NCBI GenBank assembly: GCA_964016885.1
Contig: OZ024740.1
Location: forward strand, 114,204,001 to 114,268,000
DNA from: Eledone cirrhosa
Lineage: Eukaryota
Direction of reading: 5' to 3'
Length of the DNA: 64,000 nucleotides
In this document: positions 24,215-38,265 of the stretch, piece by piece
Layout: every line of letters begins with the position of its first letter
How positions within the stretch are numbered: position 1 is the first letter of the stretch
Position numbers and translations under genes: made by a program
The notes under the pieces: generated by a model
What the model was told of the DNA's origin: nothing
The model's input: the letters and a program-made list of their open reading frames with translations, nothing else
The model's database searches: none

Positions 24215-25331
24215 ATTATAAAGAAAGAAGAAACATTAGATATAAATAAAAATATATAATATACCTAAATTCCTTATTATCCTCGACTACGTAGTTTCAT
24301 AGCTATTATGCAAAAACATTTCATCATAGAGATGCAGTATTTTTGTGAGGTTTGCCGACATATCAAGAGGATACCTCATTTAGAGTTTCAAAACATGTCC
24401 GTAGGACGCGAGATAGAATTTCGAAAGGCGGAGGGGGAACTTATGACGTGATTCAGCGGTCAAGAAACAGAGCTAAGCCTCTTACAACCAAGAGAATAAT
24501 GAGGATAATGAAGGAATTTAGGTATATTATATCTTTTTATTTATATCTAATGTTTCTTCTTTATTTATAATGTATTATATAGCTCCTCTGATATTGAATC
24601 GATCTACTCCATTCAGATTATTTTGTCCCTATTATTCATAGAGCAACAACGGTTAAGGTTGGCACCACAAAAATCTAGGGTTATATGTGGGTATATGCAT
24701 ATATATGTATGTATTCGCATGTGTCTGTGTATTTCTTTGTATTGTTTATAACTCCCTACGGTAGAGTAACAACTGAAGTATAGTGACTGCTGTTAAGCTT
24801 ACACTAATCACACTTCTCGCCATCCTAGCCAACTCTTCTACGGCCTTGACATAAATACGACCTCCGCCTTTTGTGGTATTTTTCTCTTGGTTGTAAGAGG
24901 CTTAGCTGCTCTGTTTCTTGACCGCTGTATCACGTGATAGTTCCCCTCTGCCTTACGGGATTCTATCTCGCGTCCTACGGACATGTTTTGAAACTCTAAA
25001 TGAGGTATCCTCTTGATAAGTTGGCAAACCTCACAAAAATACTGCATCTCTATGATGTAATGTTTTTGCATAATAGCCACGAAACTACGTAGTCGAGGAT
25101 AATGAAGGAATTTAGGTATATTATATCTTTTTATTTATATCTAATGTTTCTTCTTTCTTTATAATGTATTATATAGCTCTGATATTGAATCAATCTAATC
25201 CATTCAGATTATTTTGTCCCTATTATTCATAGAGCAACAACGGTTAAGGTTGGCACCACACACATTTAGGGATATATATGGGTATATGCATGTATATGTA
25301 TGTATTCGCATGTGTCTGTGTATCTCTTTGT

Positions 25332-25336
<5 letters not shown>
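24215..25336 (+). mobile_element. Retrozyme-like family B element: 594-bp monomer plus partial repeat plus inverted 5' copy
   Basis: Direct repeats 24501-24745 and 25095-25336; 24215-24495 is an inverted copy of about 24885-25165; homologous to 4285-5178. Confidence 0.85.
25006..25101 (+). ncRNA. Type-I hammerhead, U3-A8 variant, 7-bp stem I, GUC site at 25092-25094
   Basis: TATCCTC-TTGATAA-GTTGGC...GCCAC-GAAAC TACGTA GTC-GAGGATA. Confidence 0.8.
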
Positions 25337-25430
<94 letters not shown>

Positions 25431-25471
25431 GCATATATATATATATATGTATATATATACATGCATATATG

Positions 25472-25510
<39 letters not shown>

Positions 25511-25527
25511 CTGTGCGTGCTTGTATT

Positions 25528-25594
<67 letters not shown>

Positions 25595-26189
25595 ATAATG
25601 TGAAAATATAAGCGTTGATTGTAACAATAAAGAGAAAGAAACCAAATTATACCAACATAAATATTCAACAAGACAATAATAAAAACAAACAAAATAATAT
25701 AAGCTGCAATCATTTCTGATATCAATATTCCTATCAAAGTGACATTATAATGTAGGATATCCAAGGTAGAAGTGATAAAAAGCATTTTGAATTACCACTT
25801 GTTTAACTATTTTTTAGCAGTATCATAATTGCAATCAATGTAAAGATAATTGAAAATACCAATTAAAGTTCTACAAATCATTAGCTGTTTAATTATTAAC
25901 ATTACTTTTAAAATAGAATATCTATTGCAAATTTTCAATGTGTAGTAAAAATCCATCTGACGCCAAGTTTTTTCGAAAATATAGTAAATTTGAGTTTATT
26001 TTTGTGATTATTGCTGCTGAAAATGTTGTTGTTTAGTTCCTATACTATAAATTGAGGTGGGTCATGTGATTGCTATACACGCATACATACACACGTATTA
26101 TTTATATGTGTATATGACAGCGAGAGCTGTGAAATCTTGCTTGCATAAATTTCAAATATTCTTAATAACTGCATTCTTTTTTTTTTCAG

Positions 26190-26562
26190 AGATTATGTTG
26201 AATACCTCATTTGGTCATTCCATGGGAGTATCTGGTCACATAATGCCTGAGTGGAAATCTCGACATAAAGGGTCTCCCATTTTGAATATGGTGATTGGGA
26301 ATATAATTCAATCAAGTGAAGCCATGCTCACATTATCCAGAACAAAACTTCATTTAAATGTGTTCAGATCATGAGAAGCCAACAATGTAGTGAACTCCTA
26401 TAGTGTGATCTGATTCAAATCAGACGAAGCATTAGAGGTGATACTTAAATTTCAGCTAATGTGTATTAAGCAACGGATACTATTTGATCGTATAACATTT
26501 TGATGGACAATACTAGAGGAAAGATTAAAAGTGGTGAATACATTTGCTAGCATTGGTTAGGC

Positions 26563-26601
<39 letters not shown>

Positions 26602-26621
26602 AGAGAGAGAGTGTGTGTGTG

Positions 26622-26684
<63 letters not shown>

Positions 26685-26900
26685 CAAAGAGAGAGAGAGT
26701 CTGTGAGACGCAAAGCAGAACGTTATGGATGCGAAATGAAATTCATAGGCTGACCAAGATACTCACATGCAATGACAAAATAAAGTTTATTTTCAACATA
26801 ACTATTAGAGAGAAAAACTGAAATTAATTCATGCATGATTTCACAGCTCTAGCATCACTCCTTCATATTCAGGCTATGGATTACCGCCCCACCCTCGTAC
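26190..26900. mobile_element. Possible decayed mariner-like DNA transposon remnants
   Basis: GACCA(A)GATACTC..ATG..ATGAC.AAAT..TTCAACATAA occurs inverted at about 26192-26238 and 26751-26801; minus-strand QSPYS-like motif; TACGAGGG at 26899-26892. Confidence 0.35.
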
Positions 26901-26949
26901 ACATACACCCACACATAATGCATACATACATACTTACATACATGCATAC

Positions 26950-28676
26950 AACGTTTCAAAGGATATATAGGAATGGAGTTTGGCCAAGATAAATTCTCAT
27001 ACATGACTATAAAGCGGTGAAAAACAACAACCCAATCTAGCAACATTGTCATCAATGGCCTAACTGTTTCACCGATATATGATGAGGACTGCTACAGACA
27101 CCTGGGGATAGATGAGAACATATCCTATAATGGTATCTGTAATAAAGAACACGTAACCAGGGAATACTACACCCGATTAAGAAAGATCTGGTCATCGGAT
27201 CTCTCTGCGCAAAACAAAACAGTGGCTCACAATGTGTTTTCTGTTCCTGTCCTAACACCAATGTTTGGAATAATCAATTGGACGATAGACGAAATCCGAG
27301 CAGTTGATGTTGGAACTCAAAAAATACTAAACAACACCGGAAACCTCCACATTAACAGTGACAGAAAGCCTTTACTTGAAACGTAAGCTGGGGGGCAGAG
27401 GCCTAACATCAGTCCAGACAACATTTGAATTTCGCATCATATCTCTCCCACAACATCTACGAACCTCGAAGCGTAGGAGCCCGTTTCTCGAGCAAGTCCA
27501 TCTGCACGAAACAGATAAGACCATGAGTTGGGAAGGAACTCCTCGAGAGATATTCCCTATGTGATAATCAAAAACTCACACCCAGGGAAGTCGCTCAGCA
27601 GTATCTCAGTGAATCCATGGATGAAAAACTGCATACTTATCAGCAAAAAATCATGCATGTATATGTTGCCAGGAAGCTCCAGAGTGAGAGTAATATAGAT
27701 AAGGAAGTAGTCTATCTTGTACCAACAACCGCTATATTGACTCCCACTTTGAAGGATAGGCTTTTGCCATCCAAGACCAGGAGATTAACACTAAATAACT
27801 GATTCACAAAATAGATAGGGATGCAGGCAAAACATCTAGATGTGATAACAAGTGCAGACTCTGCAGAACTAACATCGAGGATATGACCATGTCATCAGCA
27901 GCTGTCCAAAGATGTCATCGCGGTACTATCTACCAATGAGGCATGATGTAGTGGCCAAAACACTGTACAATGCAGTTCGTAACAAAGATAGCCCCGATAA
28001 TAAACACACATTAAAAGCTACAACAATGTGGAAGACATCCATGTACATAATATGAAAGAGTACTGGTGGAATGTTCCAGTAAAAACCCCAATAAAATGCA
28101 GGGATATCAGACCAGATATTATGATATGGGAGAGGGAGAAGGAAGCATGCACAGTGGAGGAAATTAGCTGCCCATCAGATGCCAATATAATATCAAAGAT
28201 TAGTGAAAAGTAGAGTATTTATGCAGACCTAATGAGAAATCTGCAGATACACCACCCTGATTACACCTTCAGATTTATGCCTGTGATTATTGGGACACTG
28301 GAGTATGTTAGTAACTGCCTCAATACAAATCTTGAGAAACTAGGCTTCACAGGAACGGAAAGAACACAACTAGTTGGGAAATTACAAGTACAATCCATTA
28401 ATGGAACAGTAAAAATATGTAAAACATTCCAAAAATGTTGCATCTAATAACTGCATATACACATGTACAGATACAAAGCATATAAACATACACACATACA
28501 ACTCAAAACATACACATCCACACATATAATAACATCCATATCTACACATCCCGACATGCATACGTAATCTACCTAGTTGATGTTGTGTAAATTCCAATGA
28601 GAGAGTCGTGTGTCTATGTTAGAAACCGACTCTCTCTCTATTGGTAAAATTTGTGAAATTTTCAAACCAGAAGAAC
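26950..28676 (+). mobile_element. 5'-truncated R4/Dong-like (RLE) non-LTR element with a 3' stem-loop, flanked by (CATA)n
   Basis: LYLKRKLGGRGL, CRLC..HVISSC..RHDVVA, RPDIMIW..EISCP, MPVIIGTL; many stops and frameshifts. Confidence 0.88.
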
Positions 28677-29304
28677 ATACATACATACATGCTTACTTAC
28701 ATACACATTTATCTACTTATTTATTCATTCAATTTAAACGCCCGTATAGAGCTAGTAAGCCATGAGAGACTAGAGGAAGTGCCTTTGTCTCTCCTGACGG
28801 GTTTTGTTTTCATTCAGCAGCGTGTACAAAACCACCCTCTTCAACAAGCAATCTTCGTGGGGTTGCCGATTTGGTCGGCGACGGCCCGACCATGCATACA
28901 TACATACATACATGCATACTTACATACATATATATAAAAATACATACATGCATGATTATTTCATATACAAATGCAAGTATCCAGGCATATGTTGCGAATT
29001 AAGTTAGATCCGTTACTTGGATTTGTACATATATTTGACTGTAGCCTTCCTGATATTTCAGTGGGCCTTCGAAAAGCTTTCCGGTGCCAATTTCCAAGGG
29101 TAAATAATATGTAGCAGGACATAAAATCAATCCAACTCTTGGGTGTATTAGGACAATTTCAAACATCATTTTTATATTGGAATTACATTTTATATCTACA
29201 TAGATACATGTATACATGTATACATAATTATATATATATATTTATATATAAGGAAAAGAAATCGAAAATGCATCTGGAGTCTTTTTAAGAATATTTATTT
29301 GTTT

Positions 29305-29342
29305 CCTTTACCGGTTTTACAGTTCTGATGCTTTTCAAAAGG
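29305..29342 (-). ncRNA. Decayed U3-A8 minimal hammerhead (family D; G12 mutated)
   Basis: Minus strand: CCTT-TTGAAAA-GCATCAGAACTGT-AAAAC CG GTA-AAGG. Its element (about 29250-29530) is homologous to 62200-62340. Confidence 0.6.
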
Positions 29343-29569
29343 AGAATGAGATGGAGGGTTTGTGGATTTTCTCGCTTCTCGTTGATGTTCGAAAGTTATT
29401 TCTGTTTTATGTGGAAAGAGTGGCTCGAATTGCTGGATTTAAAACAAAAAAATATAATAATTTGGTTTGTTGATAACTCACATGAATAATTAAAATAAAT
29501 TTCGCGTGAGTTCGCGTTACAAAGTTCTTATTGTAATTTGAGCCACACTTTTAAAGGCAAATGCCATAA

Positions 29570-30700
29570 GAAGTTTCTGCGGGTCATGTCAACTTTGCTG
29601 TTTATATGAGTGGCCCAGCTTATGTTGTGGTCCACAATTACTCCCAAGTCTCTGATGTTGTCGGATGTTACGAGACTTTCACCTGAAGGAAGCGGGTATG
29701 GAAGTTTCAAGGGATCCTCTTTTCCAAAGTGGATTAACTCAAATTTATCCTCGTTCACGGCAGCGTATTGTTCTTTTCCGCCCATTGGATAATAGCCAGT
29801 AGATCCGATTGTCGGCATATCCGGTCACCCCCGCTATTGATGACCATCTGGAGCTTGGAATCATCTGTGAAGTTCTTATGCTGCTGTGTTTGATGATGTC
29901 AGCAATATCATTAATATAGTTAATGAAAAGAAGTGGGCTCATCACAGTGCCTTCTGGGAAACCGCTACTGATTTTGGCTGGGCTGGATTATATTCCTTCA
30001 ACTACATGTTGGACTCTATTTGACAGGAAAAATTTGACCCACTGCAGCAACTTTCCAGTGAAACCAATGGTGGATAGGTTTCTCACTAGAACATTGTGAT
30101 CAACCTTGTCAAAGGCCTTTCTGAAATCAAGGTAGATGACATTAGTTTTAGAGCCCTCTCCCAAAGCTCTCAAAATGTCATGAAAGTGATGCTGTAGCTG
30201 TGTTAGGAAATCCCTTCCATTACGGAAGCCATGTTAGTTGGAGTTCAGCAGATTGTTGCTTTCAAGAGAGTGAGCTATTCGTGATCTCACTACCTTCTCA
30301 AATACCTTAACGATATGACAGGGGAGTGAGATCGGACGGTGATTCACAGCAAGACCGGGATAGAACGTTTTCTGGTATATATCCAGATACAGTAAGTTCC
30401 TCCACAGATTATCAAGAGGAGATGCAAGTTGATGTCGACAGACCTACTGCTGCATTGTGTTTAGTTCTTTTACTGCTACTAAGACATCTGGGACGCCAAA
30501 CGATATGTCCGATATGGTGTGTTGGAGATTCACATCACAGATACAGATCAGATCAACCATATCAGGATTGCTGAAAACAGAGCAGCATTATTTCTGCAGT
30601 CTCTCACCCATGGTTTTAGCATTATCTTGGAGAGTGCTATTTTCATCAATCAGAGGGCCAACAGTGGAGCCAGTGACTTTGTGTGGGAGGGCTGATGCCC
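29570..30700 (-). pseudogene. CR1/L2-group LINE RT fragment
   Basis: PISLPCHIVKVFEK, VIYLDFRKAFDKVDH, PLLFINYINDI, IRDLGVIVD; frameshifted. Confidence 0.85.
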
Positions 30701-30932
30701 TTGAGCATTAAGCAAAAAGGTTGAGACTAGAGTGGTAGTTGATGATACTTATTTTGCATGTTTATATATACATATATATATATTCATATATATCTCTCTT
30801 TATATGTATTCTTATATATATATATATATAAGTTAAAAACAAAAAACAATAACGAAGAGTGGAGAACAATCAGTGTTAGTATTAGGTTCACGCTTGAAAG
30901 TGAGGGTGGGGTACTATATATATATATATATA

Positions 30933-31028
<96 letters not shown>

Positions 31029-31207
31029 AAATTTACATAGCATATACCCACTAAGGTAAACGGAGTTTCCTCAAGTTGTTTGTAATTCATTCTTCAGCCT
31101 TCGGAGAGTTACCCTTATTTTGCCATATATTGTATTCAATATGGTATATTTACTTTATGATTCATATTGAATCCTCTTTGTTTAGTGATTTCAAACCTCC
31201 ATTCAGG

Positions 31208-31239
<32 letters not shown>

Positions 31240-31530
31240 GCATGTGTAGTCTTTCTCTCTGTGTGTGTATGCGTTCATATATAAACACATATATAGACAC
31301 ACATACTTAACTGTACCTCACATACACACACACTCACACACACATATGCATATATAAAGATGTATTTATATATAAGCACATACATACATATATACATACA
31401 CAGACTCACACACACATATGTATATGTAAATATCTATTTATATATAAGCACATACATACATGTATACATGAATACATAAATACATATATATATATACATA
31501 CATACACACATACATACATACATACATACA

Positions 31531-31564
<34 letters not shown>

Positions 31565-32194
31565 CATATATACATATATACATACATACATGCATACATA
31601 TATATATACATACATACATGCATCCGTACATAAATACATACATATATGGTACCATTTATTTGCACACACCTGCTTGAAATAATTAGCTCATTAAATAGGA
31701 AATCTTGTATTTTGTGCACCATCAGCTTTTACACATTGTTCTCTTGCTTTTACCCCTCTACCTCTCTACCCCCTGTTCATTTCCTCTATATCACCTCTCT
31801 GTGGATCCACTCTCTACACTTCGTTACTGTTCATATTTTCTTTGGTTCCCAACAAATATTGATTTAATTTAACATAATTTCTAGTATATGCATAGGTATA
31901 TGTATATTTATGCTAACATGTATTCATGCATGTAGGTATATATATATATGTGTGTGTGAGTCCATGTATAAATGTATTTTGTAGGTAAATATATATGTGC
32001 GCATGTATAAATGTATTTTGTAGGTAAGTATATATATGTGTGCATGTATAAATGTATTTATGCATTATGTATCTATATGTGTGTTTATAAATATATGTAT
32101 TTATGCATGTATGTAAGTACGTATATTTATGTGCATTTATATGTATAAATATATGTATTCATACACGTATGTTTCTATGTATGTATGTATATAC

Positions 32195-32281
<87 letters not shown>

Positions 32282-32438
32282 CATACATACATATAAATAT
32301 TGCTTTATCCACTCATAGATTTTGTTTGCCTTTTAAATATATCGCTTTATAATAATTGCATTATTTACAACACCATGAAAAAATAAATAATTATTATAAC
32401 GTTAATAATAATCCTGCATATAATATACATTTTTGGTT

Positions 32439-32507
<69 letters not shown>

Positions 32508-32541
32508 CAAGTAGTAAAAGTAGTAGTAATAGTAGTAGTAA

Positions 32542-32594
<53 letters not shown>

Positions 32595-32595
32595 A
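32439..32595. repeat. (GTA)n trinucleotide array
   Basis: Direct reading. Confidence 0.97.
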
Positions 32596-33183
32596 TGTGT
32601 TTAATAGGATTGAATGGGTAAATTTAAGCAGATTAATTTTATTTCCATTTTTTAAATATAATTTTTATATAATCATTTTCATTATGATAGTTATAATTAC
32701 GTTCAATCTGATGAACGTGAGGATTCTCGTCATCGTCTTTGACAACCGTTTCATTGGTTGTTCATTTATTATCACCATTATCAATTTCATCCTCTTTACC
32801 ATGATTCATATACTATCAGAAATATGATTTACATAGTATCCTTGATAGTACCATATATATGATCTGCAGCGTATCATAAATGTGTTTACATATTTTACTA
32901 AATAAAATGAGTTGAGTAACTATAGTTGCCTTAATAATATGAAAATATAAACCAAGAATTGACACCCAGTTACAGTATACGTAAAATTAAGTGAAGAATA
33001 CCCAATGGCTACAATCATTCTTATTCTGATGATGGGGCCTTGATTATCTAGAAATGAATATATGCAAAAGCCTAGTAGGTTCTCGACACTTTAAGAAAGG
33101 GTGATCGTGAAGGGATAATAAGGAAATAAGAAATAAATATTAATAAAAGAGATTAAATATGATACGGATACACACACACACAA

Positions 33184-33221
<38 letters not shown>

Positions 33222-33266
33222 GGGTGTGCGTATGTATGTGTAAATTATATATGTATTTTTGTGTGG

Positions 33267-33312
<46 letters not shown>

Positions 33313-33337
33313 TATATATATAATATATATATATATA

Positions 33338-33701
33338 TAAACCAAAGAAGCCTTCAATACATCAAAAGTCTTTATTAACCAACATTGTTTCGTCCTATTA
33401 AGGACTCATCCGGGCAATCAAAGCTATAAGAAGCACTATCAGCCAATACAAGCGGATACAAGCTGAGTTTTCGGCTTGTATTGGCTGATAGTGCTTCTTA
33501 TAGCTTTAATTGCCCTGATGAGTCCTTAATAGGACGAAACATTGTTGGCTAATAAAGACTTTTGATGTATTGAAGGCTTCTTTGGTTTATTTTCATAATT
33601 CTTCGGCTCTGTTTAATTACATTGAGCTATACCTTTACTGTCATTTCTATAATATGAAGACGGTGTTTAACTCCAACACACACTCCTCTAGTATTTCAAT
33701 T

Positions 33702-33703
<2 letters not shown>
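33338..33703 (+). mobile_element. Foldback PLE-terminus element with a canonical minimal hammerhead (33512-33549)
   Basis: Arms 33338-33453 and 33474-33590; GCC-CTGATGA-GTCCT taat AGGAC-GAAAC ATT GTT-GGC; TA flanks. Confidence 0.85.
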
Positions 33704-33793
<90 letters not shown>

Positions 33794-33794
<1 letters not shown>

Positions 33795-35740
33795 TAGCAG
33801 AAGTTCTTCTGGAAGTGGCTGAAGTGATCCACTTGTATGGTACACTTTCCTTTGGACCGTGAAAGTGGTTATAAAGCAACCTTCATGGAGGTCATTTGCT
33901 CTAAATAATTGTTTCTACTTTTGGCACAAGGCCAGTAATTACCCAGTACATTACTGGTACTTTATTTTATCGATCTCGTAAGGATGAAAGGCACAGTTAA
34001 CATCGTCCGGATTTGAACTCAGAATGGCAAGGGCCGTAACTCTTGCCATTCTGAGTTCAAATCCTGCCGAGGTTAACTTTGCCTTTCATCCTTACGGGGT
34101 CGATAAAATAAAGTACCAGTAATGTACTGAGTAATTGCTGGCCTTGTGCCAACAAGTAGAAACAATTATTTATTTGCTCTAAATAATTGTTTCTACGTTA
34201 GGCACAAGGCCAGCAAATTACCCAGTGCATTACTGGTACTTTATTTTATCGACCCCGTAAGGATGAAAGGCAAAGTCAACTTCGGCGGGATTTGAAATCA
34301 GATCGGAAAGGGACGTAACTATGCTGGAAAGCATGGTGTCCGACCCTCTACTGATACTGCCAATCCACCGCCCTAAATAATGTTAATTAGAATGCCTTAT
34401 TGTTTGTCTGGTTATTTTGAAAAAAGTAACTTGATTCGGTAGTTGTACCAATCAACAATCACCTCAAGGTCTCTGATCGTTCAGGTAAAAGTTTATTCTT
34501 AATCTTTCCGTTTCAAAAGCACAATCCAGTTGACTTACCATTTCATTTTTTAACTCCACAATTTGTGAAAATGTAGGTAATTGAGGAAATTCAAAGTACA
34601 TGTTCTGAGGAAGAGTCCTGATGTGGATTGTAACCCGAAACAGCAAAGTTCCACACGGCAAACTTGTTAAATCGTAAATCTTCTATCCATTGTCTATGTT
34701 CACATAGCCTTTGACTAGTTTAAGCTTCGGTGTTTTTATGCCACATAAATTTGCTGTATTGATGGTTTTCGTACATCTGATTCCTATTGTCGAATTTTCT
34801 CTTTCATTATCCTATATTCAGCAAGCCGTTTTTATCTTTGTTCCTCTGATCCATGCTGTATATTCCATTCACTTTTTATTCTTTGTTTTTGAAGCCTTAA
34901 TGATCTTTGTGCATCTGATTCATCTCCTCTGTTTTGTGCTGTAGTTTCGTACATCTAATTTCTCCTGGCGAATAATTGTGTTCCTTATCCTATCATCAGC
35001 AAGTCTTTTTGATCTTTGTTTTTCTGATTCCTTTTGCTTATATTTCGCTGTGGGTTTTCTGTGTTTTGAGAGTCTTTCCTGTCGCTGCTCTTCACTGTCA
35101 TTCTCTCTTCCAATATCACTACTTTTTATCAAAATATTACCGCTGGCACCAGCTAGAGCAACGTCTTATCCAGAGATACTTACTTACCTTAGCGTGCGTT
35201 ACCAAGATGTCCTCAAACGGTATACATGACATACGGAAGATATATAAAGTATGTATGGCAAAATGTGCTCCAGTCGATAGAAAAGAGAGCGGATATTTGA
35301 TATTAAAGCAGCCGTGTGTTGTTGTTTTATGTTGATTGAACGCCTGTAGCTCACTTGTTTAGTCGATGGAGAACGTTCAATACTGAAGTAAGTGTGTGTT
35401 TGTTACTTTAGTATCGGCTACTATGATGAACGCGTAATCCCCTCTTTGGCTTTCATCACTCTTTATAATTTGATATGTGATGACATTCTCTCAAATTCTC
35501 ATTTCTTCTTTGTTTCTATTTTCCATCACATTCCGTCGTAGTGGAGACGATAACTGACGACGACCAACAACATAACAGATTGACAAACAGACAAACAAAC
35601 ATATAAAGTAATGAATATAGGTCCAAATGTGAGGAAAATCTATTCCTGAGTCAAAATAACTCATATGCCAAGTTTGGAACTGATTGGTCTACTTGATTTT
35701 TAATGAATAGGAGACAGACAAACAAACATATATATATATA
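33794..35740 (-). mobile_element. Internally deleted Helitron-like element with nested SINEs
   Basis: Minus 5' end TGTTTGTTTGTCTGTC..CCAATCAGTTCCAAACTTGGCAT, 3' end CTAG at 33797-33794 in TA, and an ORF remnant DSEEQRQERL..ESEKQRSKRL resembling RepHel N-terminal repeats. Confidence 0.55.
33905..34374. mobile_element. Three SINE segments in minus/plus/minus orientation
   Basis: 33905-34040 (-), 34043-34171 (+), 34183-34374 (-, full length). Confidence 0.85.
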
Positions 35741-35756
35741 TATATGTGTGTGTGTA

Positions 35757-35789
<33 letters not shown>

Positions 35790-37437
35790 CTGTGAGTATG
35801 TATTTATATTCAAGTAAGACTGACAATTGCCTAATCGTAAATGCATCCAGATTAAACAAAAGTCAACCATAAACCAACGCAAACAGACATAAACGGCAAC
35901 GGCTTAAAACTTCTAGTAGATGAATTATATACAAAAATTAAATACGATATTGTTTATTCTTATCCCAGTCCCGAGTGAATAAAACTCGCTTTATGGTGCT
36001 TAAAATCTGGAGACATTATTGCCTGGCGTTATTCTGAGATAGGTGGGAGTGATCACACGTTAAACACTCATAGCGAGTCTGATACAGGACTTGTCATTTC
36101 GTTGAGGAAATGTTTTTCAATAGCTCTAACTTTATTTCAACTTTTTATGAATAACATTTATTTTCAGAAATGATGATAAAACATCAAGCTAACTTAGTAA
36201 ATGGAAAGAAACGCCATAAAGTCAGAGCACAGTGATTTAGATACTGCCTGCTTGTTCGGTGAACTTTCCTTAGTTGTTTGTTGTCAAATTCAAAGAGCTG
36301 GAAGCCGCTGGTGGAGATATTACAGCAGCAGCCAAACGTAAAATATCAGATGAGGCAGAAGAATCAGTCTCAGTACTGAACTTCTACTTTATTTATCGAC
36401 TTCAAAAAGAAGTGAAGAGAAGCTGATTTATTCGTGGTTTAAATTCAGAAGGAATGCAAAGGGCCAGAACGAATGTCACAAATAATTCTATCTTATCAGG
36501 TAACGAATGTCATCAATGCGCGGACATCTCTCTATAATGCAAAACTTAAATAAATGTAATTGACATTGCGTATTTGCACTTGTATAAACAGAAAGCGAAA
36601 ATAAAGAATCCCCCACTCCTCACAAAATGACCTCATATTTAGCTAAGAAAACATTGTTATAAAGCTAGAATTAGCTTGGACGCTTATTTCATAAGTATGA
36701 CATCATTGTCCTTAAGTATCAAATTATTGTCCTTAAATTGATTGTAGATAAAATTAGGCGAAAATACTGACGAGAAGAATATGAACCTCCTCGAAAAATA
36801 AAATGAACAAAGAAAAACTACAGCAACAGCTTTACGGGTTTATAAAGCATAAAACATTTACAACTTCTAACAGGATATGTTTAGGGTGCGGTCGTAAGAA
36901 GATAATACGTAGACGTCATTCTGTGATAGATGGGGAAGATAATTATGATAATAATGATCTATTAGGTAGAGGTAAATGCTGATGAGATTCTTGTTGGTAT
37001 TTCTGGATGATAATTCGTTTCTGTTCGCATCTTAATGCTTTCTATCTGTTTACCTTTATAATCCTAGTATTAGACAGTCAAGCTATTTAGCCAAATTAGT
37101 TCCTACTGGGACTAGAATAGTAGAATATACGAGATACCTTCAGATGTTATATTAACCCTTCTGGTGCATGGAATGTTGCATAATTAAGCGAACAGATCTA
37201 GTTACATAGTGCTGAACAGAAATAATTTACAAATGAAATCTTTAGGGAGAAGCGAATGTATATTTGAACGAGTTTGTTTTCAGTTAGCTCAGATAATTGT
37301 TTAACTGTCAAAACAAGGCAGAAATAACTCTAGCGTGTTAATGCAGTTAATGTCTCTGATGAAGGGTTTTCAAAAGATCGTATTTTCTTAGAACTTGAAT
37401 TTATACGCGTATATCTCTGCATTGATATATCATTAAT

Positions 37438-37513
<76 letters not shown>

Positions 37514-37517
<4 letters not shown>

Positions 37518-38265
37518 TAAAATTAATCCTTCATCCGAGATCTTTCAACCGTCATTGGTATTTCTTCGCATTAAAAATGATATACCTCTGGTTGTAACGA
37601 GCAATAACTAAAGAAAGTTTTTGGGACACGTAAAATAGGGTGAAGCGAGTGAGACATGTAAACAAACATAGATGGTAATGCAACAGAAAGAGAAGAAGAG
37701 GAGAAACAAGTCCGTGATATCTGTGAACTTAAGTTCGGTGAAATCATAGACGAGTAGAGATACAGACCATCCGACTTGGGTGAGATGTGAGCGAGAAAAG
37801 GATTTCGCACAGGTCAAGCGGGAGGAAGTGAGAGAGGGGGAGTAGCAGAGATTGAGTGAGTGAAAGTGTGAGGAAGAGGCCATCTGAGAGAGAGTGACTG
37901 GCAGAGGGTGTAAAAAGAAGGTGAGAGATACAGAGAAAGGGGAAGCAGTAAGAAAGAAACAGACAAGTCACAACGGAGGGAAAAATATAAATATATGAAA
38001 ATGGCGTGCTGCGTTGTTTTAAATGGGGTACATTTGAATAAAATTAGTCCTTCATCAGTGATCTTCCAATCGTCATTGGTATTTCTTCGCATTAAAGATC
38101 ATATACCTCTGGTTGGTACGAGCAATAAGTAAATAAAGTTATTGGGACACGTAAAATAGGGTGAAGCGAATGAGACATGTAAACAAACATAGATGGTAAT
38201 GCAACGGACTTAACTTAAGTTCACAGATATCACGGACTTGTTTCTCGTCTCCCTCTCTTTGCATT
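37514..38265 (-). mobile_element. Non-coding element with about 170-bp direct repeats (521-bp period) and a short inverted end
   Basis: 37514-37684 matches 38035-38205; 38213-38255 is an inverse of about 37690-37735; minus-strand CTGATGA at 38058-38052; left end in (TA)n. Confidence 0.65.

Noticed and set aside
37990-38062. Minus-strand CTGATGA in the 521-bp-period element as a complete hammerhead
   Set aside because: I could not locate a matching GAAA, stem III and NUH.
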